From NCBI GenBank assembly GCA_050946195.1, contig JBMNUI010000001.1, forward strand, positions 2,283 through 66,282: a DNA stretch of 64,000 bases, written 5' to 3'. Shown one piece after another: positions 18,171 through 28,459 of the stretch. The notes beneath the pieces were generated by a model. The model saw only the letters and a list, made by a program, of their open reading frames with translations. It was not told the DNA's origin and did no database searches. The DNA comes from Eubacteriales bacterium (lineage in GTDB: Bacteria > Bacillota > Clostridia > Oscillospirales > CAG-272). A program made the position numbers and the translations under genes. The first letter of the stretch is position 1. Each line of letters starts with the position of its first letter.

Positions 18171-19037
18171 ATGACCGACATTGATAACTTCAAGCGCGCA
18201 GAGGTGCTCACACAGGCGCTGCCGTATATCCAGAAGTACTATAACAAGATAATAGTCGTCAAATATGGCGGGAATGCCATGCTCAACGAGGACTTAAAGC
18301 GCCAGGTCATGGACGATATAATCCTGCTCGGGCTGATAGGCGTCAAGGTTGTTGTGGTGCACGGCGGCGGCCCCGAGATTACCGAGGTGCTTGATAAATT
18401 CGGCAAGAAATCTGTATTTATCGACGGCCTACGCGTGACCGACAGGGAATCCGCCGAAATCGTTCAGATGGTGCTGGCCGGCAAGGTCAACAAAAATCTG
18501 GTCAACCTGCTTCAGACCAAGGGCGGCAATGCAATTGGCATCTGCGGCATTGACGGCCGGCTGATTGAAGCCAGACGGCGCGACGAGGTGCACGGCTTTG
18601 TCGGCGAGATTACCCGGGTCAACGTAAAGCCGATTATAGACCTGCTCCAAAACGGCTACATCCCGGTGGTCTCGACGGTGGGCTGCGACAAGGAAGGGAA
18701 TATATACAACATCAACGCCGACACCGCTGCGGCATATATCGCCGGGGCGATGAAAGCCGAGCGCCTCATGACCCTGACTGATATCGCCGGGGTGCTGCGT
18801 GACGTGAACGACCCGTCCTCGCTTATTAAATTTATGAATGTAAACGAAGCAAAGGAAATGATAAAAAGCGGAGCCGTGTCGGGCGGCATGATTCCTAAAA
18901 TCCAGTGCTGCATTGACGCTATCGAGCTTGGAGTCAGCCGGGTCACCATCATCGACGGGCGGGTGCCCCATTCGCTGCTCATCGAGATGCTGACCGACGA
19001 GGGCGCCGGAACCATGATAGCCGCCGATGACGAGTAA
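18171..19037 (+). CDS. argB: Acetylglutamate kinase
   Basis: VVKYGGNAM and VVVHGGGPEI. Start at ATG 18171 after SD AAAGGAGG. Confidence 0.95.
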   Translation: MTDIDNFKRAEVLTQALPYIQKYYNKIIVVKYGGNAMLNEDLKRQVMDDIILLGLIGVKVVVVHGGGPEITEVLDKFGKKSVFIDGLRVTDRESAEIVQMVLAGKVNKNLVNLLQTKGGNAIGICGIDGRLIEARRRDEVHGFVGEITRVNVKPIIDLLQNGYIPVVSTVGCDKEGNIYNINADTAAAYIAGAMKAERLMTLTDIAGVLRDVNDPSSLIKFMNVNEAKEMIKSGAVSGGMIPKIQCCIDAIELGVSRVTIIDGRVPHSLLIEMLTDEGAGTMIAADDE

Positions 19038-19059
19038 GTAAGCGGGGGAAGAGAGCCAT

Positions 19060-20223
19060 ATGGATATAATTGCAAAGGATCATGAGTATATCGCCGCTAC
19101 ATACGACCGCTTTCCGCTCAGAATTGTCCGCGGGAAGGGCGCGCTGGTCTACGACGAGCAGGGAAACGAGTATATCGACCTGGGCAGCGGGATTGCGGTC
19201 AACTCCTTCGGGGTGAGTGACGATGAATGGGTTGAGGCAGTCACAAAACAACTAAAAACCTGCCAGCATACCTCAAATTTATTCTATAGCGACCCGTGCG
19301 TCCTGCTTGCAGAGAAACTCTGTGAAATCTCGGGAATGAAGAAGGTCTTCTTTTCAAACTCGGGGGCCGAAGCTAATGAGTGCGCAATCAAAGCCGCAAG
19401 GAAATATGCGGCGGCAAAATACGGCACTGAAAGATATAATATTATCACGCTGAAAAACAGTTTTCATGGCCGCACGATAACCACTCTGGCCGCCACCGGG
19501 CAGGAGACTTTCCATACTGATTACCGGCCGCTCACCCCCGGATTTATTTATGTCGATGCCGGCGACCTTAATTCAATCGAGGAGCAGGCAAAGACCGGCA
19601 GGGTCGCGGCGGTGATGTTTGAGCTGATTCAGGGCGAGGGCGGAGTTTTGCCTCTTCCGCAGGATTTTGTCAGCGGTATTTCCCAGATTGCCGCCGAATA
19701 CGGGCTTCTCATGATTGTTGACGAGGTGCAGACCGGCTGCGGGCGTACCGGAGAGTATTTTGCCTACATGAATTACGGCATCACCCCGGATATAGTCACC
19801 TTAGCCAAAGGGCTTGGCGGCGGGCTGCCGATAGGTGCGACGCTGCTCGGCGAAAAAGTGAAGGATGTCCTCACCCCCGGCTCGCATGGCTCGACCTTCG
19901 GCGGCAATCCGGTGGTATGCGCCGGGTCGCTGAATATTTTATCGAGAATAAATAAAAACCTACTTGACAAAGTTAAGGAAAAATCGGATTATATTATGAA
20001 GGAGCTTCGCGGCGCTCCGGGGGTTGAGAATATCACCGGTATGGGGTTGATGGTAGGCATTAAAACTGCAAAGCCGACCGCCGAGGTCATCAGAAGATGC
20101 CGCGAGATGGGTGTCATAGTTATCAAGGCCAAAAACAAAGTCAGGCTGCTGCCGCCGCTGAACATCCCTGAGGATTTGTTGAAGAAGGCAGTAGCTGTGA
20201 TAAAAGCGGCCTGTGCAGAATAG
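19060..20223 (+). CDS. argD: Acetylornithine aminotransferase
   Basis: Class-III aminotransferase with [11 protein letters not shown] and PLP-lysine context [10 protein letters not shown]. Confidence 0.9.
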   Translation: MDIIAKDHEYIAATYDRFPLRIVRGKGALVYDEQGNEYIDLGSGIAVNSFGVSDDEWVEAVTKQLKTCQHTSNLFYSDPCVLLAEKLCEISGMKKVFFSNSGAEANECAIKAARKYAAAKYGTERYNIITLKNSFHGRTITTLAATGQETFHTDYRPLTPGFIYVDAGDLNSIEEQAKTGRVAAVMFELIQGEGGVLPLPQDFVSGISQIAAEYGLLMIVDEVQTGCGRTGEYFAYMNYGITPDIVTLAKGLGGGLPIGATLLGEKVKDVLTPGSHGSTFGGNPVVCAGSLNILSRINKNLLDKVKEKSDYIMKELRGAPGVENITGMGLMVGIKTAKPTAEVIRRCREMGVIVIKAKNKVRLLPPLNIPEDLLKKAVAVIKAACAE

Positions 20224-20233
20224 GAGGGCGACA

Positions 20234-21223
20234 ATGGTTAATCTTACCGGAAGGAACTTTATCACGCTCCTTGACTTTACCCCCGAGGAGATACTGGGCC
20301 TTCTTGACCTTGCCGCAGAATTTAAGGCAAAGAAAAAGGCCGGCATACCCCACAGACTTTGCGAAGGTAAGAACATCGCCCTGATTTTCGAGAAAACCAG
20401 CACCCGTACCCGCTGCAGCTTTGAGGTAGCCGCCTACGACCTCGGTATGAACGTCACCTACCTTGACCCGCAGGGTTCGCAAATAGGCAAAAAGGAGAGC
20501 ATTGCCGACACGGCGCGCGTGCTCGGCAGGCTTTATGACGGAATCGAGTACCGCGGTTTTGAGCAGTCGATAGTCGAGGAGATAGCAAAATATGCCGGCG
20601 TGCCGGTCTGGAACGGGCTTACCAATGAATTTCACCCGACACAGGTGCTCGCCGACATGCTCACAATAAAAGAGCATTTCGGATATCTTAAGGGACTGAA
20701 TATGGTCTATTTCGGCGACGCACGCTATAACATGGGCAACTCGCTCATGGTGGGCTGCGCAAAACTCGGGCTGAACTTCACGGCCGCCGCCCCCGCCGAA
20801 TATTTCCCCTCAAAAGAGCTGACAGAGAAGTGCAGGGAAATAGCCCGCGCCACCGGAGCTAAGCTGAATTTCATTTCAGACCCCGAGGAAGCTGCGCGCG
20901 GGGCACAGATTGTCTACACCGACGTCTGGCTGTCAATGGGCGAGCCCGAGTCGGCTTGGGGCGAGAGAATAAAGGCGTTGCTCCCATATCAGGTAAACGG
21001 CAAAATCATGAGCCTGGCCGACCCGGAGGCGATTTTCATGCACTGCCTGCCGGCTTATCACGACAGGAAAACTATTATCGGCCGGGAAATCGGCGAGAAA
21101 TACGGGCTTTGCGGACTTGAGGTTACAGACGAGGTCTTTGAGAGTCGACGGTCGGTGGTGTTTGAGCAGGCCGAGAACAGGATGCACACCATAAAAGCCG
21201 TAATGGCGGCGACGCTGATCTGA
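20234..21223 (+). CDS. argF: Ornithine carbamoyltransferase
   Basis: [13 protein letters not shown] and HCLPA motifs. Start at ATG 20234 after SD AGGAGGG. Confidence 0.9.
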   Translation: MVNLTGRNFITLLDFTPEEILGLLDLAAEFKAKKKAGIPHRLCEGKNIALIFEKTSTRTRCSFEVAAYDLGMNVTYLDPQGSQIGKKESIADTARVLGRLYDGIEYRGFEQSIVEEIAKYAGVPVWNGLTNEFHPTQVLADMLTIKEHFGYLKGLNMVYFGDARYNMGNSLMVGCAKLGLNFTAAAPAEYFPSKELTEKCREIARATGAKLNFISDPEEAARGAQIVYTDVWLSMGEPESAWGERIKALLPYQVNGKIMSLADPEAIFMHCLPAYHDRKTIIGREIGEKYGLCGLEVTDEVFESRRSVVFEQAENRMHTIKAVMAATLI

Positions 21224-21229
21224 ATACCA

Positions 21230-21273
21230 TTGAAAGATGAGTCACTGCCATTTGGCAAACGCTCATCTTTCAA
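21230..21273 (+). terminator. Hairpin after argF (weak or partial terminator; no clean U-tract)
   Basis: 12-bp stem TTGAAAGATGAG (21230-21241) / CTCATCTTTCAA (21262-21273). Confidence 0.4.
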
Positions 21274-21352
21274 TATGCAAAAAACTCATTTTGGGTTGGT
21301 CAAGTCCGGCGGCAATGGTAGATTCGTGCCGTCGGGGAAAGGATAAAAAAGA

Positions 21353-22420
21353 ATGAAAAGAGCTTATTTGGTGCTGGAGGACGGAACGGTTTTCCCGGGC
21401 GAGAAGTTCGGCGCGGATACCGAAAATGTCGGCGAGCTGGTCTTTACCACCAACATTTGCGGCTACATCGAGACACTCACCGACCCGAGCTACTATGGGC
21501 AGATCGTACTGCAGACCTTCCCGCTCATCGGCAATTACGGTATCATCGAGGAAGACTTTGAAGGTTCCTGCTGCGTGCGCGGCTATGTCGTGCGCGAGTG
21601 GTGCGATTTCCCGTCAAACTTCCGCTGCCAGTATGACCTTGACAAGTTCCTCAAAGACCACAATGTTGTCGGGCTGTGCAGTATTGACACCCGGCAGGTG
21701 ACAAGAATCATACGCAAGCATGGGGTCATGAACGCGGCTATCTGCGACAGTGTCCCCGAGGACCTCTATTTTATCAAAAACTACAGAATAAAAGACGCCG
21801 TGCTGAATGTGAGCCGCCGGGAAAAGACGGTCTACCCGGCAGAAAACGAAAAATACAGGGTTGCCCTGATTGACCACGGCGCCAAAAACTACATTATAAA
21901 ATCCCTGCAGCTCCGAGGATGCAGCGTAACCGTGTTTCCTGCAACGACATCGGCCGAGGAGATTCTGGCCTTTTGTCCCGATGGTCTGGTGCTGCCCAAC
22001 GGTCCCGGTGACCCGGCAGAAAACAAGTACCAGATAAAGCAGCTTGAAAAATTACTCGGCAGGCTACCGATATTCGGCATCTGCCTCGGCCACCAGTTGT
22101 TGGCGCTTGCAGCAGGGAGCAGGACGATTAAGCTGAAATACGGCCACCGCGGGGCAAACCAGCCGGTTCGCGACCTTTTTGGTACCCGGACCTATATAAC
22201 AAGCCAAAACCACGGCTATGCCGTCGACAATTCAAGTATAAAATGCGGGGTGCTGATGTTCCAGAACGCCAACGACGGCACCTGCGAAGGGATAGATTAC
22301 CCCGACCTGAAAGCCATCTCGGTCCAGTTTCACCCCGAGGCAAGCGCCGGGCCGCTTGACACCTCGTTTTTGTTCGACCGGTTTACCAGGATGATGGATG
22401 CGGAAGGGGGAAGCAGGTAA
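21353..22420 (+). CDS. carA: Carbamoyl-phosphate synthase small (glutaminase) subunit
   Basis: GATase triad context GICLGHQ...HPE. 355 aa. Confidence 0.95.
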   Translation: MKRAYLVLEDGTVFPGEKFGADTENVGELVFTTNICGYIETLTDPSYYGQIVLQTFPLIGNYGIIEEDFEGSCCVRGYVVREWCDFPSNFRCQYDLDKFLKDHNVVGLCSIDTRQVTRIIRKHGVMNAAICDSVPEDLYFIKNYRIKDAVLNVSRREKTVYPAENEKYRVALIDHGAKNYIIKSLQLRGCSVTVFPATTSAEEILAFCPDGLVLPNGPGDPAENKYQIKQLEKLLGRLPIFGICLGHQLLALAAGSRTIKLKYGHRGANQPVRDLFGTRTYITSQNHGYAVDNSSIKCGVLMFQNANDGTCEGIDYPDLKAISVQFHPEASAGPLDTSFLFDRFTRMMDAEGGSR

Positions 22421-25400
22421 TGCCGCTTGACAAAAGTATTAAAAAGGTGCTGGTTATCGGCTCCGGCCCTATTGTGATAGGACAGGCCGCCGAGTTTGAC
22501 TACGCCGGCGCGCAGGCCTGCCGCGTGCTGAAGGCGGCCGGTATTAATGTGGTATTGATCAACTCGAACCCGGCAACTATAATGACAGACAGCGCGCTGG
22601 CCGAAGAGATATACCTTGAGCCGCTCACCGCCGAAACTGTCGCAAGGATAATAGAGAAGGAGAAGCCCGACAGCCTTCTCGCAGGGCTTGGCGGCCAGAC
22701 CGGCCTGACGCTTGCCATGCAGCTGAATCGTCAGGGAATTCTCAAGAAATTCGGCGTGCGGCTTATCGGCACCAACACCGAAGCAATAGACAAGGCCGAG
22801 GACAGGCAGCTTTTCAAAGAGACCATGCGCTTGGTAGGCGAGCCTGTCGTGCCCTCGGATATTGCGACAGATATTGACACCGCGCTGAAAATTGCCCATG
22901 ATATCGGCTATCCGGTAATCATCCGCCCGGCCTTCACGCTCGGCGGAAGCGGCGGCGGGGTGGCATACAATGAGGAGGAAATGTACTCGGTGGCCACAGC
23001 CGGAATAGAAGCCTCCCCGATAGGCCAGATACTTGTCGAAAAGTATATATACGGCTGGAAGGAAATCGAATTTGAAACCATGCGCGACAGCAAGGGCAAC
23101 ACGATAGCGGTCTGCAGCATGGAAAACGTCGATCCCATCGGCATTCATACCGGCGACAGTATTGTGGTGGCGCCGGCGCTCACCCTGTCCGACAAGGAAT
23201 ACCAGATGCTGCGCTCCTCGGCGCTCAATATCATCGAGGCGCTCGAAATTGTCGGGGGCTGCAACTGTCAGTTCGCACTCAATCCCAACAGTTTTGAATA
23301 TGCGGTGATAGAGGTCAACCCGCGGGTCTCGCGCTCCTCGGCATTGGCCTCAAAGGCTACCGGCTACCCCATCGCCAAAATTGCGACCAAAATAGCGCTT
23401 GGCTACACGCTCGATGAAATAACCAACGAAATTACCGGAAAGACCTGCGCCTGCTTTGAGCCGGCGGTTGACTATGTCGTCGTGAAATTCCCGAAGTGGC
23501 CGTTTGATAAATTTATCGGTGCCTCAAGGAAGCTCGGCACCCAGATGAAGGCGACCGGCGAGGTCATGGCAATTGCCCCGTCGTTTGAGATGGCGCTGAT
23601 GAAGGCAATTCGCGGCGCCGAGCTCTCACTTGACACGCTGAATGTCGAACCGATAAACGACAAGGACATCACAGAACGCTTAATAGTTCCGGATGACAGG
23701 CGGATTTTTACGATATTTGAGGCCATAAAGAGCGGAATGTCGATTGACCGGATTTACGAGCTGACAAAAATCGACCGCTTTTTCATCAAGAAAATCAAAA
23801 ATTTAGTCGACTATGAAGCCGAAATATCAAAAGGGCTGACCGAAGAATTATATCTGAAGGGCAAAAAGCTCGGATACACCGACACCGCGCTAATGCGTAT
23901 TTCGGGCTGCCGAGAGCTGCCATATAAAGCTGACTGCGTCTATAAGATGGTCGATACCTGCGCCGCCGAGTTCGACGCGGTCACCCCGTACTTTTACTCG
24001 ACCTACGACATCGAATGCGAGTCCCGCAAAATGAAGCGGAGCGGCAAGCCGGTGATTCTGGTGCTCGGTTCGGGACCTATCCGCATAGGGCAGGGAATTG
24101 AGTTTGATTACTCGTCGGTTCACTGTGTCTGGACGCTCAAGAAGCTGGGTTATGACGTTGTTATCATTAACAACAACCCCGAGACTGTTTCCACCGACTA
24201 CGACACCGCCGACAGGCTGTATTTCGAGCCTCTGACCCCGGAGGACGTGATGAACGTCATCAAGGTCGAAAAACCTGTCGGCGTTGTGGTGGCTTTCGGC
24301 GGGCAGACGGCAATCAAGCTCACCCGGTATCTCGCCAAATGCAATATTCCCATTCTCGGGACCTCGGCAGAGGGGATTGACATCGCCGAGGACCGCGAGA
24401 AGTTTGACAAACTGCTTGAAAAATTCAATATAAAGCGGCCGCACGGGATGACGGTCACAACGCTGAAAGAGGCGATTGACGCCGCCAAGACCCTCGGCTA
24501 CCCGGTGCTGCTCCGGCCCTCATACGTCATCGGCGGGCAGAACATGAAGATAGTCTACAACGAGGACGAAGTCAAGACCTACATGAACCGCATACTGGCC
24601 GAGGGCATCGACAACCCGGTCCTCATCGACAAGTACATGAGCGGCTCCGAGATTGAGGTCGACGTCATCTCGGACGGCGAGGATGTGCTGATTCCCGGCG
24701 TCATGCAGCACATCGAGCGGGCCGGCGTTCACAGCGGCGACTCTATAGCAGTCTTCCCGCCATACAACATCAACGACAAGATGATGAAGCTGGTGGTCGA
24801 GAGCTCCATCAAACTCGCCAAATCGCTGGGTACCAAAGGGCTTGTGAATATCCAATACCTCATATACAACAACGAACTTTACGTTATCGAGGTCAACCCG
24901 CGCGCCTCGCGGACAGTTCCCTACATCAGTAAAGCCGCAGGCATTCCTATGGTGGATATCGCCGCCCGGGTCATGACAGGAAGCAGGCTGCGCGACCTCG
25001 GCTACGGTACCGGGCTATACAAGGCCCCGCCCTATTACGCGGTCAAGGTGCCGGTCTTCTCCTTTGAAAAGCTTAGCGACGCCGACTCATATCTCGGACC
25101 CGAGATGAAGTCGACAGGTGAGGTGCTGGGAATCGGCAAGAACCTGCAGGAGGCGCTCTTCAAGGGCATGACCTCGGCCGGCATGCTGCTCAAATCGACT
25201 GCAAACCACAGAGAGGTCGGAGTCTTGCTCAGCGTGGCCTCTCAGGACCAGCATGAGGTTGTCTCAATCGCCAAAAAGCTTGACGACCTGCATTTCAGAA
25301 TTTATGCCACGCCCGAGACCGCGGTCACCGTCTCAAAGCTCGGTATCGATGTGCAGATTGTAGTGAGTATTCGGGACCAGCGGGTCTACAAGCTGCTTGA

Positions 25401-26451
25401 GGATGGCAAAATCAACTTTGTGATTTATACCGGGGCGCTGATAGATAACACACTTGACGATTATATTGCATTCCACCGCCGCGCGCTCCAGCTTTCGGTC
25501 CCCTGCGTGACCTCGCTTGACACTGCAAACGCCTTCGCCGACACTATCGCAAGCCGATACAACCAGCAGAACACCGGTCTTGTGAATATAAACAAGATGC
25601 GCACCTTTCGCGAGAAGCTGAGGTTCACCAAAATGCAGGCCACCGGCGATGACTATATATGCATCGAGAACTTCGACGGCAGGATTGAAAGCCCCGAATC
25701 TCTCTGCGTCACCCTCTGCGACCGGCGGCGGGGAATCGGGGGAGACGGTATTGTCCTGATTGAAAAATCGGATATAGCCGACGTCAAGATGCGGGTTTAC
25801 AACCGCGACGGCAGCCGGGGCAAGCTGGCGGGGAACTCAATCCGCAATGTCGGTAAATATGTCTATGACAACGGGTATATCAGGCGCGACACCATCACTG
25901 TCGAGACCGACAGCGGCGTGAAAACCTTAACGCTATATACCTCGGACGGTAAGGTAACTTCCGTGAGCGTCAATATCGGCCATCCCGATTTTTCGACCGC
26001 CGCACTCCCGATGCTGACAGACCTCCCCGAGGCGGTAATGATGCCGCTTGAAGTGGGGGGCAGGGAATACAAGGTCACCTGCCTGTCGGTCGGGAACCCT
26101 CACTGTGTGGTATTCTGCGACCGGATTGACCAGATTGACATCGAAAACGTCGGCCCGCTCTTTGAATACCACAAGGTGTTCCCCGAAAGGGTCAATACCG
26201 AGTTTGTGAGGGTGGTCAACCAAAACACTCTGAAAATGCGGGTCTACGAGCGCGGAAACGGCGAGACTCAGGCTTGCGGTACCGGCGCCTGCGCGGCGGT
26301 GGCCGCCGCCATCAAAAACGGCTTCTGTAAAAAAGGCGAGGATATCACCGTTAAGGTGCTCGGGGGGGATTTGATTGTCAACTGGACCGAGAACGGCATT
26401 ATCCTGACCGGCGACACCGTCAAGGTCTTTGACGGGGAGATTGAAATATAA
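22420..26451 (+). CDS. carB: Carbamoyl-phosphate synthase large subunit fused in frame to a DapF-like (diaminopimelate epimerase fold) domain
   Basis: 1343 aa. Residues 1 to ~1059 are collinear with CarB (duplicated ATP-grasp halves, MGS-like end). Residues 1060-1343 are DapF-like. No stop codon separates the two parts. Confidence 0.9.
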   Translation: MPLDKSIKKVLVIGSGPIVIGQAAEFDYAGAQACRVLKAAGINVVLINSNPATIMTDSALAEEIYLEPLTAETVARIIEKEKPDSLLAGLGGQTGLTLAMQLNRQGILKKFGVRLIGTNTEAIDKAEDRQLFKETMRLVGEPVVPSDIATDIDTALKIAHDIGYPVIIRPAFTLGGSGGGVAYNEEEMYSVATAGIEASPIGQILVEKYIYGWKEIEFETMRDSKGNTIAVCSMENVDPIGIHTGDSIVVAPALTLSDKEYQMLRSSALNIIEALEIVGGCNCQFALNPNSFEYAVIEVNPRVSRSSALASKATGYPIAKIATKIALGYTLDEITNEITGKTCACFEPAVDYVVVKFPKWPFDKFIGASRKLGTQMKATGEVMAIAPSFEMALMKAIRGAELSLDTLNVEPINDKDITERLIVPDDRRIFTIFEAIKSGMSIDRIYELTKIDRFFIKKIKNLVDYEAEISKGLTEELYLKGKKLGYTDTALMRISGCRELPYKADCVYKMVDTCAAEFDAVTPYFYSTYDIECESRKMKRSGKPVILVLGSGPIRIGQGIEFDYSSVHCVWTLKKLGYDVVIINNNPETVSTDYDTADRLYFEPLTPEDVMNVIKVEKPVGVVVAFGGQTAIKLTRYLAKCNIPILGTSAEGIDIAEDREKFDKLLEKFNIKRPHGMTVTTLKEAIDAAKTLGYPVLLRPSYVIGGQNMKIVYNEDEVKTYMNRILAEGIDNPVLIDKYMSGSEIEVDVISDGEDVLIPGVMQHIERAGVHSGDSIAVFPPYNINDKMMKLVVESSIKLAKSLGTKGLVNIQYLIYNNELYVIEVNPRASRTVPYISKAAGIPMVDIAARVMTGSRLRDLGYGTGLYKAPPYYAVKVPVFSFEKLSDADSYLGPEMKSTGEVLGIGKNLQEALFKGMTSAGMLLKSTANHREVGVLLSVASQDQHEVVSIAKKLDDLHFRIYATPETAVTVSKLGIDVQIVVSIRDQRVYKLLEDGKINFVIYTGALIDNTLDDYIAFHRRALQLSVPCVTSLDTANAFADTIASRYNQQNTGLVNINKMRTFREKLRFTKMQATGDDYICIENFDGRIESPESLCVTLCDRRRGIGGDGIVLIEKSDIADVKMRVYNRDGSRGKLAGNSIRNVGKYVYDNGYIRRDTITVETDSGVKTLTLYTSDGKVTSVSVNIGHPDFSTAALPMLTDLPEAVMMPLEVGGREYKVTCLSVGNPHCVVFCDRIDQIDIENVGPLFEYHKVFPERVNTEFVRVVNQNTLKMRVYERGNGETQACGTGACAAVAAAIKNGFCKKGEDITVKVLGGDLIVNWTENGIILTGDTVKVFDGEIEI
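25597..26448 (+). other. DapF-like C-terminal domain of the CarB fusion; first catalytic Cys replaced by Ala
   Basis: FTKMQATGDDY, SVGNPHCVVF, NTEFV and ERGNGETQACGTGACAAV are present. The expected N-x-DGS-x-x-x-x-CGNG-x-RC motif reads NRDGSRGKLAGNSIRN (Ala codon GCG at 25828-25830). The second Cys is retained (TGC 26275-26277). No SD precedes Met1060 (ATG 25597). Confidence 0.8.
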
Positions 26452-26458
26452 TGTGCAA

Positions 26459-26520
26459 CGGGGGCTCTGCCCCCGAACCCCCGCTCATGGGTCTTGAGAA
26501 TCTCCAAAACTTTCAAACCA
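26459..26520 (-). repeat. Copy C of the repeat family (1 hairpin unit plus half of module 1, inverted orientation)
   Basis: CGGGGGCTCTGCCCCCGAACCCCC ... CTTGAGAATCTCCAAAACTTTCAAACC. It starts 7 nt after the carB stop codon. Confidence 0.75.
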
Positions 26521-26560
26521 TATTGCAAGTCAAGAACCGTAATTTATCAGTAAAAACAAT

Positions 26561-26600
26561 AAAGGGCTGTCACAATTTGTAAGGTTTGTGACAGCCTTTT
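26561..26600. terminator. Bidirectional hairpin terminator between convergent genes
   Basis: 11-bp stem GGCTGTCACAA (26565-26575) / TTGTGACAGCC (26586-26596), flanked by AAA upstream and TTTT downstream. Confidence 0.65.
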
Positions 26601-26705
26601 AGTTTATGCAAAGCAATTGGTTGTCAACAGGCGCGTCTTCGTAAATAGTATAGAAGGGAATAATACCCCGGCGCGCAACTCAGCCGGTATTATAGAAAAC
26701 CTGAC

Positions 26706-28250
26706 TTACTTGTTTGTTGAGACTTCAACCCCGGTTATACCAAAGTACTCCATTACTCCCTCAACCGTAATGACCTCAACGCTCTCAAAATATGAAAGCA
26801 AACCGATGGCAGCCAGCTTTCCCTTGGCAATTGAGAGCGAATAGTTGTAACTCTCGGCCGTGCTGACAATTTTGTTGGCAAGAGAGGTGACCCGGCTCTC
26901 ATAGTCAAGCCCTTTGGTTGAGTTCAATTCTTCCTCAAGCGCTCTCTTCATTTCGTCATATGCTCCGGTTTCCTCTGCCGGAATGGTGGTAATGCCGTAT
27001 TCCTTTATCAGATCCGAGCCGATCTGACCCACCGCCTCTATTACCGGGGCCATGTCATCGTTATTGCCGATGACTATCAGCGAGTTTGCCATAAGCTCTA
27101 TCGATTCGTCTGAAGTTGCTTCAACATCATTCCCGGTCAGGCTAAGAATGTTCTCCATCACCGAAGCTGTTCCCTCGTTTTTGCCGACCAGGGTATTCAG
27201 GATACCTCCGACATTTTCGGAGGTCGCGTTTTTAAACGACTGCATCACCGCACCTACGATTTTGCTCGCCGGACCGGAGTCCTTATCAGGCAGCTTCATT
27301 CCTAAAAACGCCTCATCGTTTTCCCAGGAATCGGCCGCCGCATTGAGCAGCTGCGAGGAGATTTCGGGAAGCAGCACCGACTGTTCCATGTAGGGCAGCA
27401 GGGCAGAAAGCGCGTTGACGGCCGCCAGCTCGGTTGATATTCCGGACCCGATGTTTTCGTTGTAGACCTTCAGAGCTTCGCCGGCAGCGTTGAGAATTAC
27501 GGACACCTCGTCGGTCAGGCTTGTGTCATATCCTTTAATGGTGGTGAGCGCTTCGGTCAGCAGGTCGGCGAAAAATCCGGCAAATGAAAAGCCGCTTGCC
27601 GAGAGCTTTTTATGTACTGCTGTGATATCGGCCCTCCCGCGCGAGATCGAATCTTTTGAATAATATACACCGGCAGTGTCGGTTTGCCGGATTTCGTAAC
27701 CCGGCATGCCGAGCGCCTCAAGCGCTTCGGGGTCAACCGAGCGCAGGATAACCACCGCACAGGAGATCGGAGCGAGCAGGACCGCGGCAATGAGCAATCC
27801 CTGAACCGCGCCAAGGCCGGCGCCTATCCAGCGGCTGGCCGGATTCATCGGATCGCCGTCTTTCTTCACCAGCCGGGTCAGCTTCTCGGAGATGACCTTA
27901 AGCTTTATCAGCGAGAGGAGCTGAAACACCGCAAAGATGAGCGCGAAAAATACCGGGGCGAGCATTGCTGCGATTATTTCGCCTAAAAGTTGTTCGGTCT
28001 GGGGCGACTTGAGCAGCAATTGCTTTATCGGCTCAGTGTAAAATCGGGCGGCAACACTTAAACCGAATTCGGAAAGGGAGCCTGAAATCCACTTGGCAAG
28101 GAAAAATGATAATACCGCGAGTAACGAAAGGTAAATCAGCCTTACAACCGAACGGCCGGTACCGCAGCGGTAGCCGAGCCAGATGCAGATGGCCAGAATC
28201 ACCACCTGAAAGGCCAGAAATGTCACAGACAATAGTGTAACCAGATTCAT
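26706..28250 (-). CDS. Membrane protein with a CvpA-like 4-TM N-terminal region and a ~350-aa helical C-terminal extension; function unknown
   Basis: Hydrophobic N-terminal ~200 aa (MNLVTLLSVTFLAFQVVILAICIW...). Start placed at ATG 28250 with SD AGGAGG. The C-terminal part has no motif I recognise. Confidence 0.45.
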   Translation of the reverse strand: MNLVTLLSVTFLAFQVVILAICIWLGYRCGTGRSVVRLIYLSLLAVLSFFLAKWISGSLSEFGLSVAARFYTEPIKQLLLKSPQTEQLLGEIIAAMLAPVFFALIFAVFQLLSLIKLKVISEKLTRLVKKDGDPMNPASRWIGAGLGAVQGLLIAAVLLAPISCAVVILRSVDPEALEALGMPGYEIRQTDTAGVYYSKDSISRGRADITAVHKKLSASGFSFAGFFADLLTEALTTIKGYDTSLTDEVSVILNAAGEALKVYNENIGSGISTELAAVNALSALLPYMEQSVLLPEISSQLLNAAADSWENDEAFLGMKLPDKDSGPASKIVGAVMQSFKNATSENVGGILNTLVGKNEGTASVMENILSLTGNDVEATSDESIELMANSLIVIGNNDDMAPVIEAVGQIGSDLIKEYGITTIPAEETGAYDEMKRALEEELNSTKGLDYESRVTSLANKIVSTAESYNYSLSIAKGKLAAIGLLSYFESVEVITVEGVMEYFGITGVEVSTNK

Positions 28251-28459
28251 AAGCCCGCCTCCTGTGTGTTTTGTCAGCTCTATTCTATTACATTCGGCAT
28301 TAATTGTCAAGAAAAAGATAAATTTTATAAAAATGGCGCGCCGTGGTCGTAGTGAAACCACAGGTCGCCAGCCTCACACCAATAATTACTTTGTTTATTC
28401 GCTCCGATAATAAGTAAACTATTATTGATAATATAACCACTCACGGCAAGGTGAATAAA

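Noticed and set aside
22330-23148. 272-aa ORF antisense to the carA/carB junction
   Set aside because: It lies entirely within strongly supported carA/carB coding sequence. It is a typical long antisense ORF of GC-rich DNA, with no recognisable motifs and no SD.
28330-28459. Forespore (sigma-G/F-type) promoter upstream of the PdaA-like gene, and sigma-K/G-like CATATAATA upstream of the DUF1540 gene (around 40830)
   Set aside because: Only partial -10-like matches exist in AT-rich DNA, and I could not establish convincing -35 elements or spacing. This is too weak to annotate.
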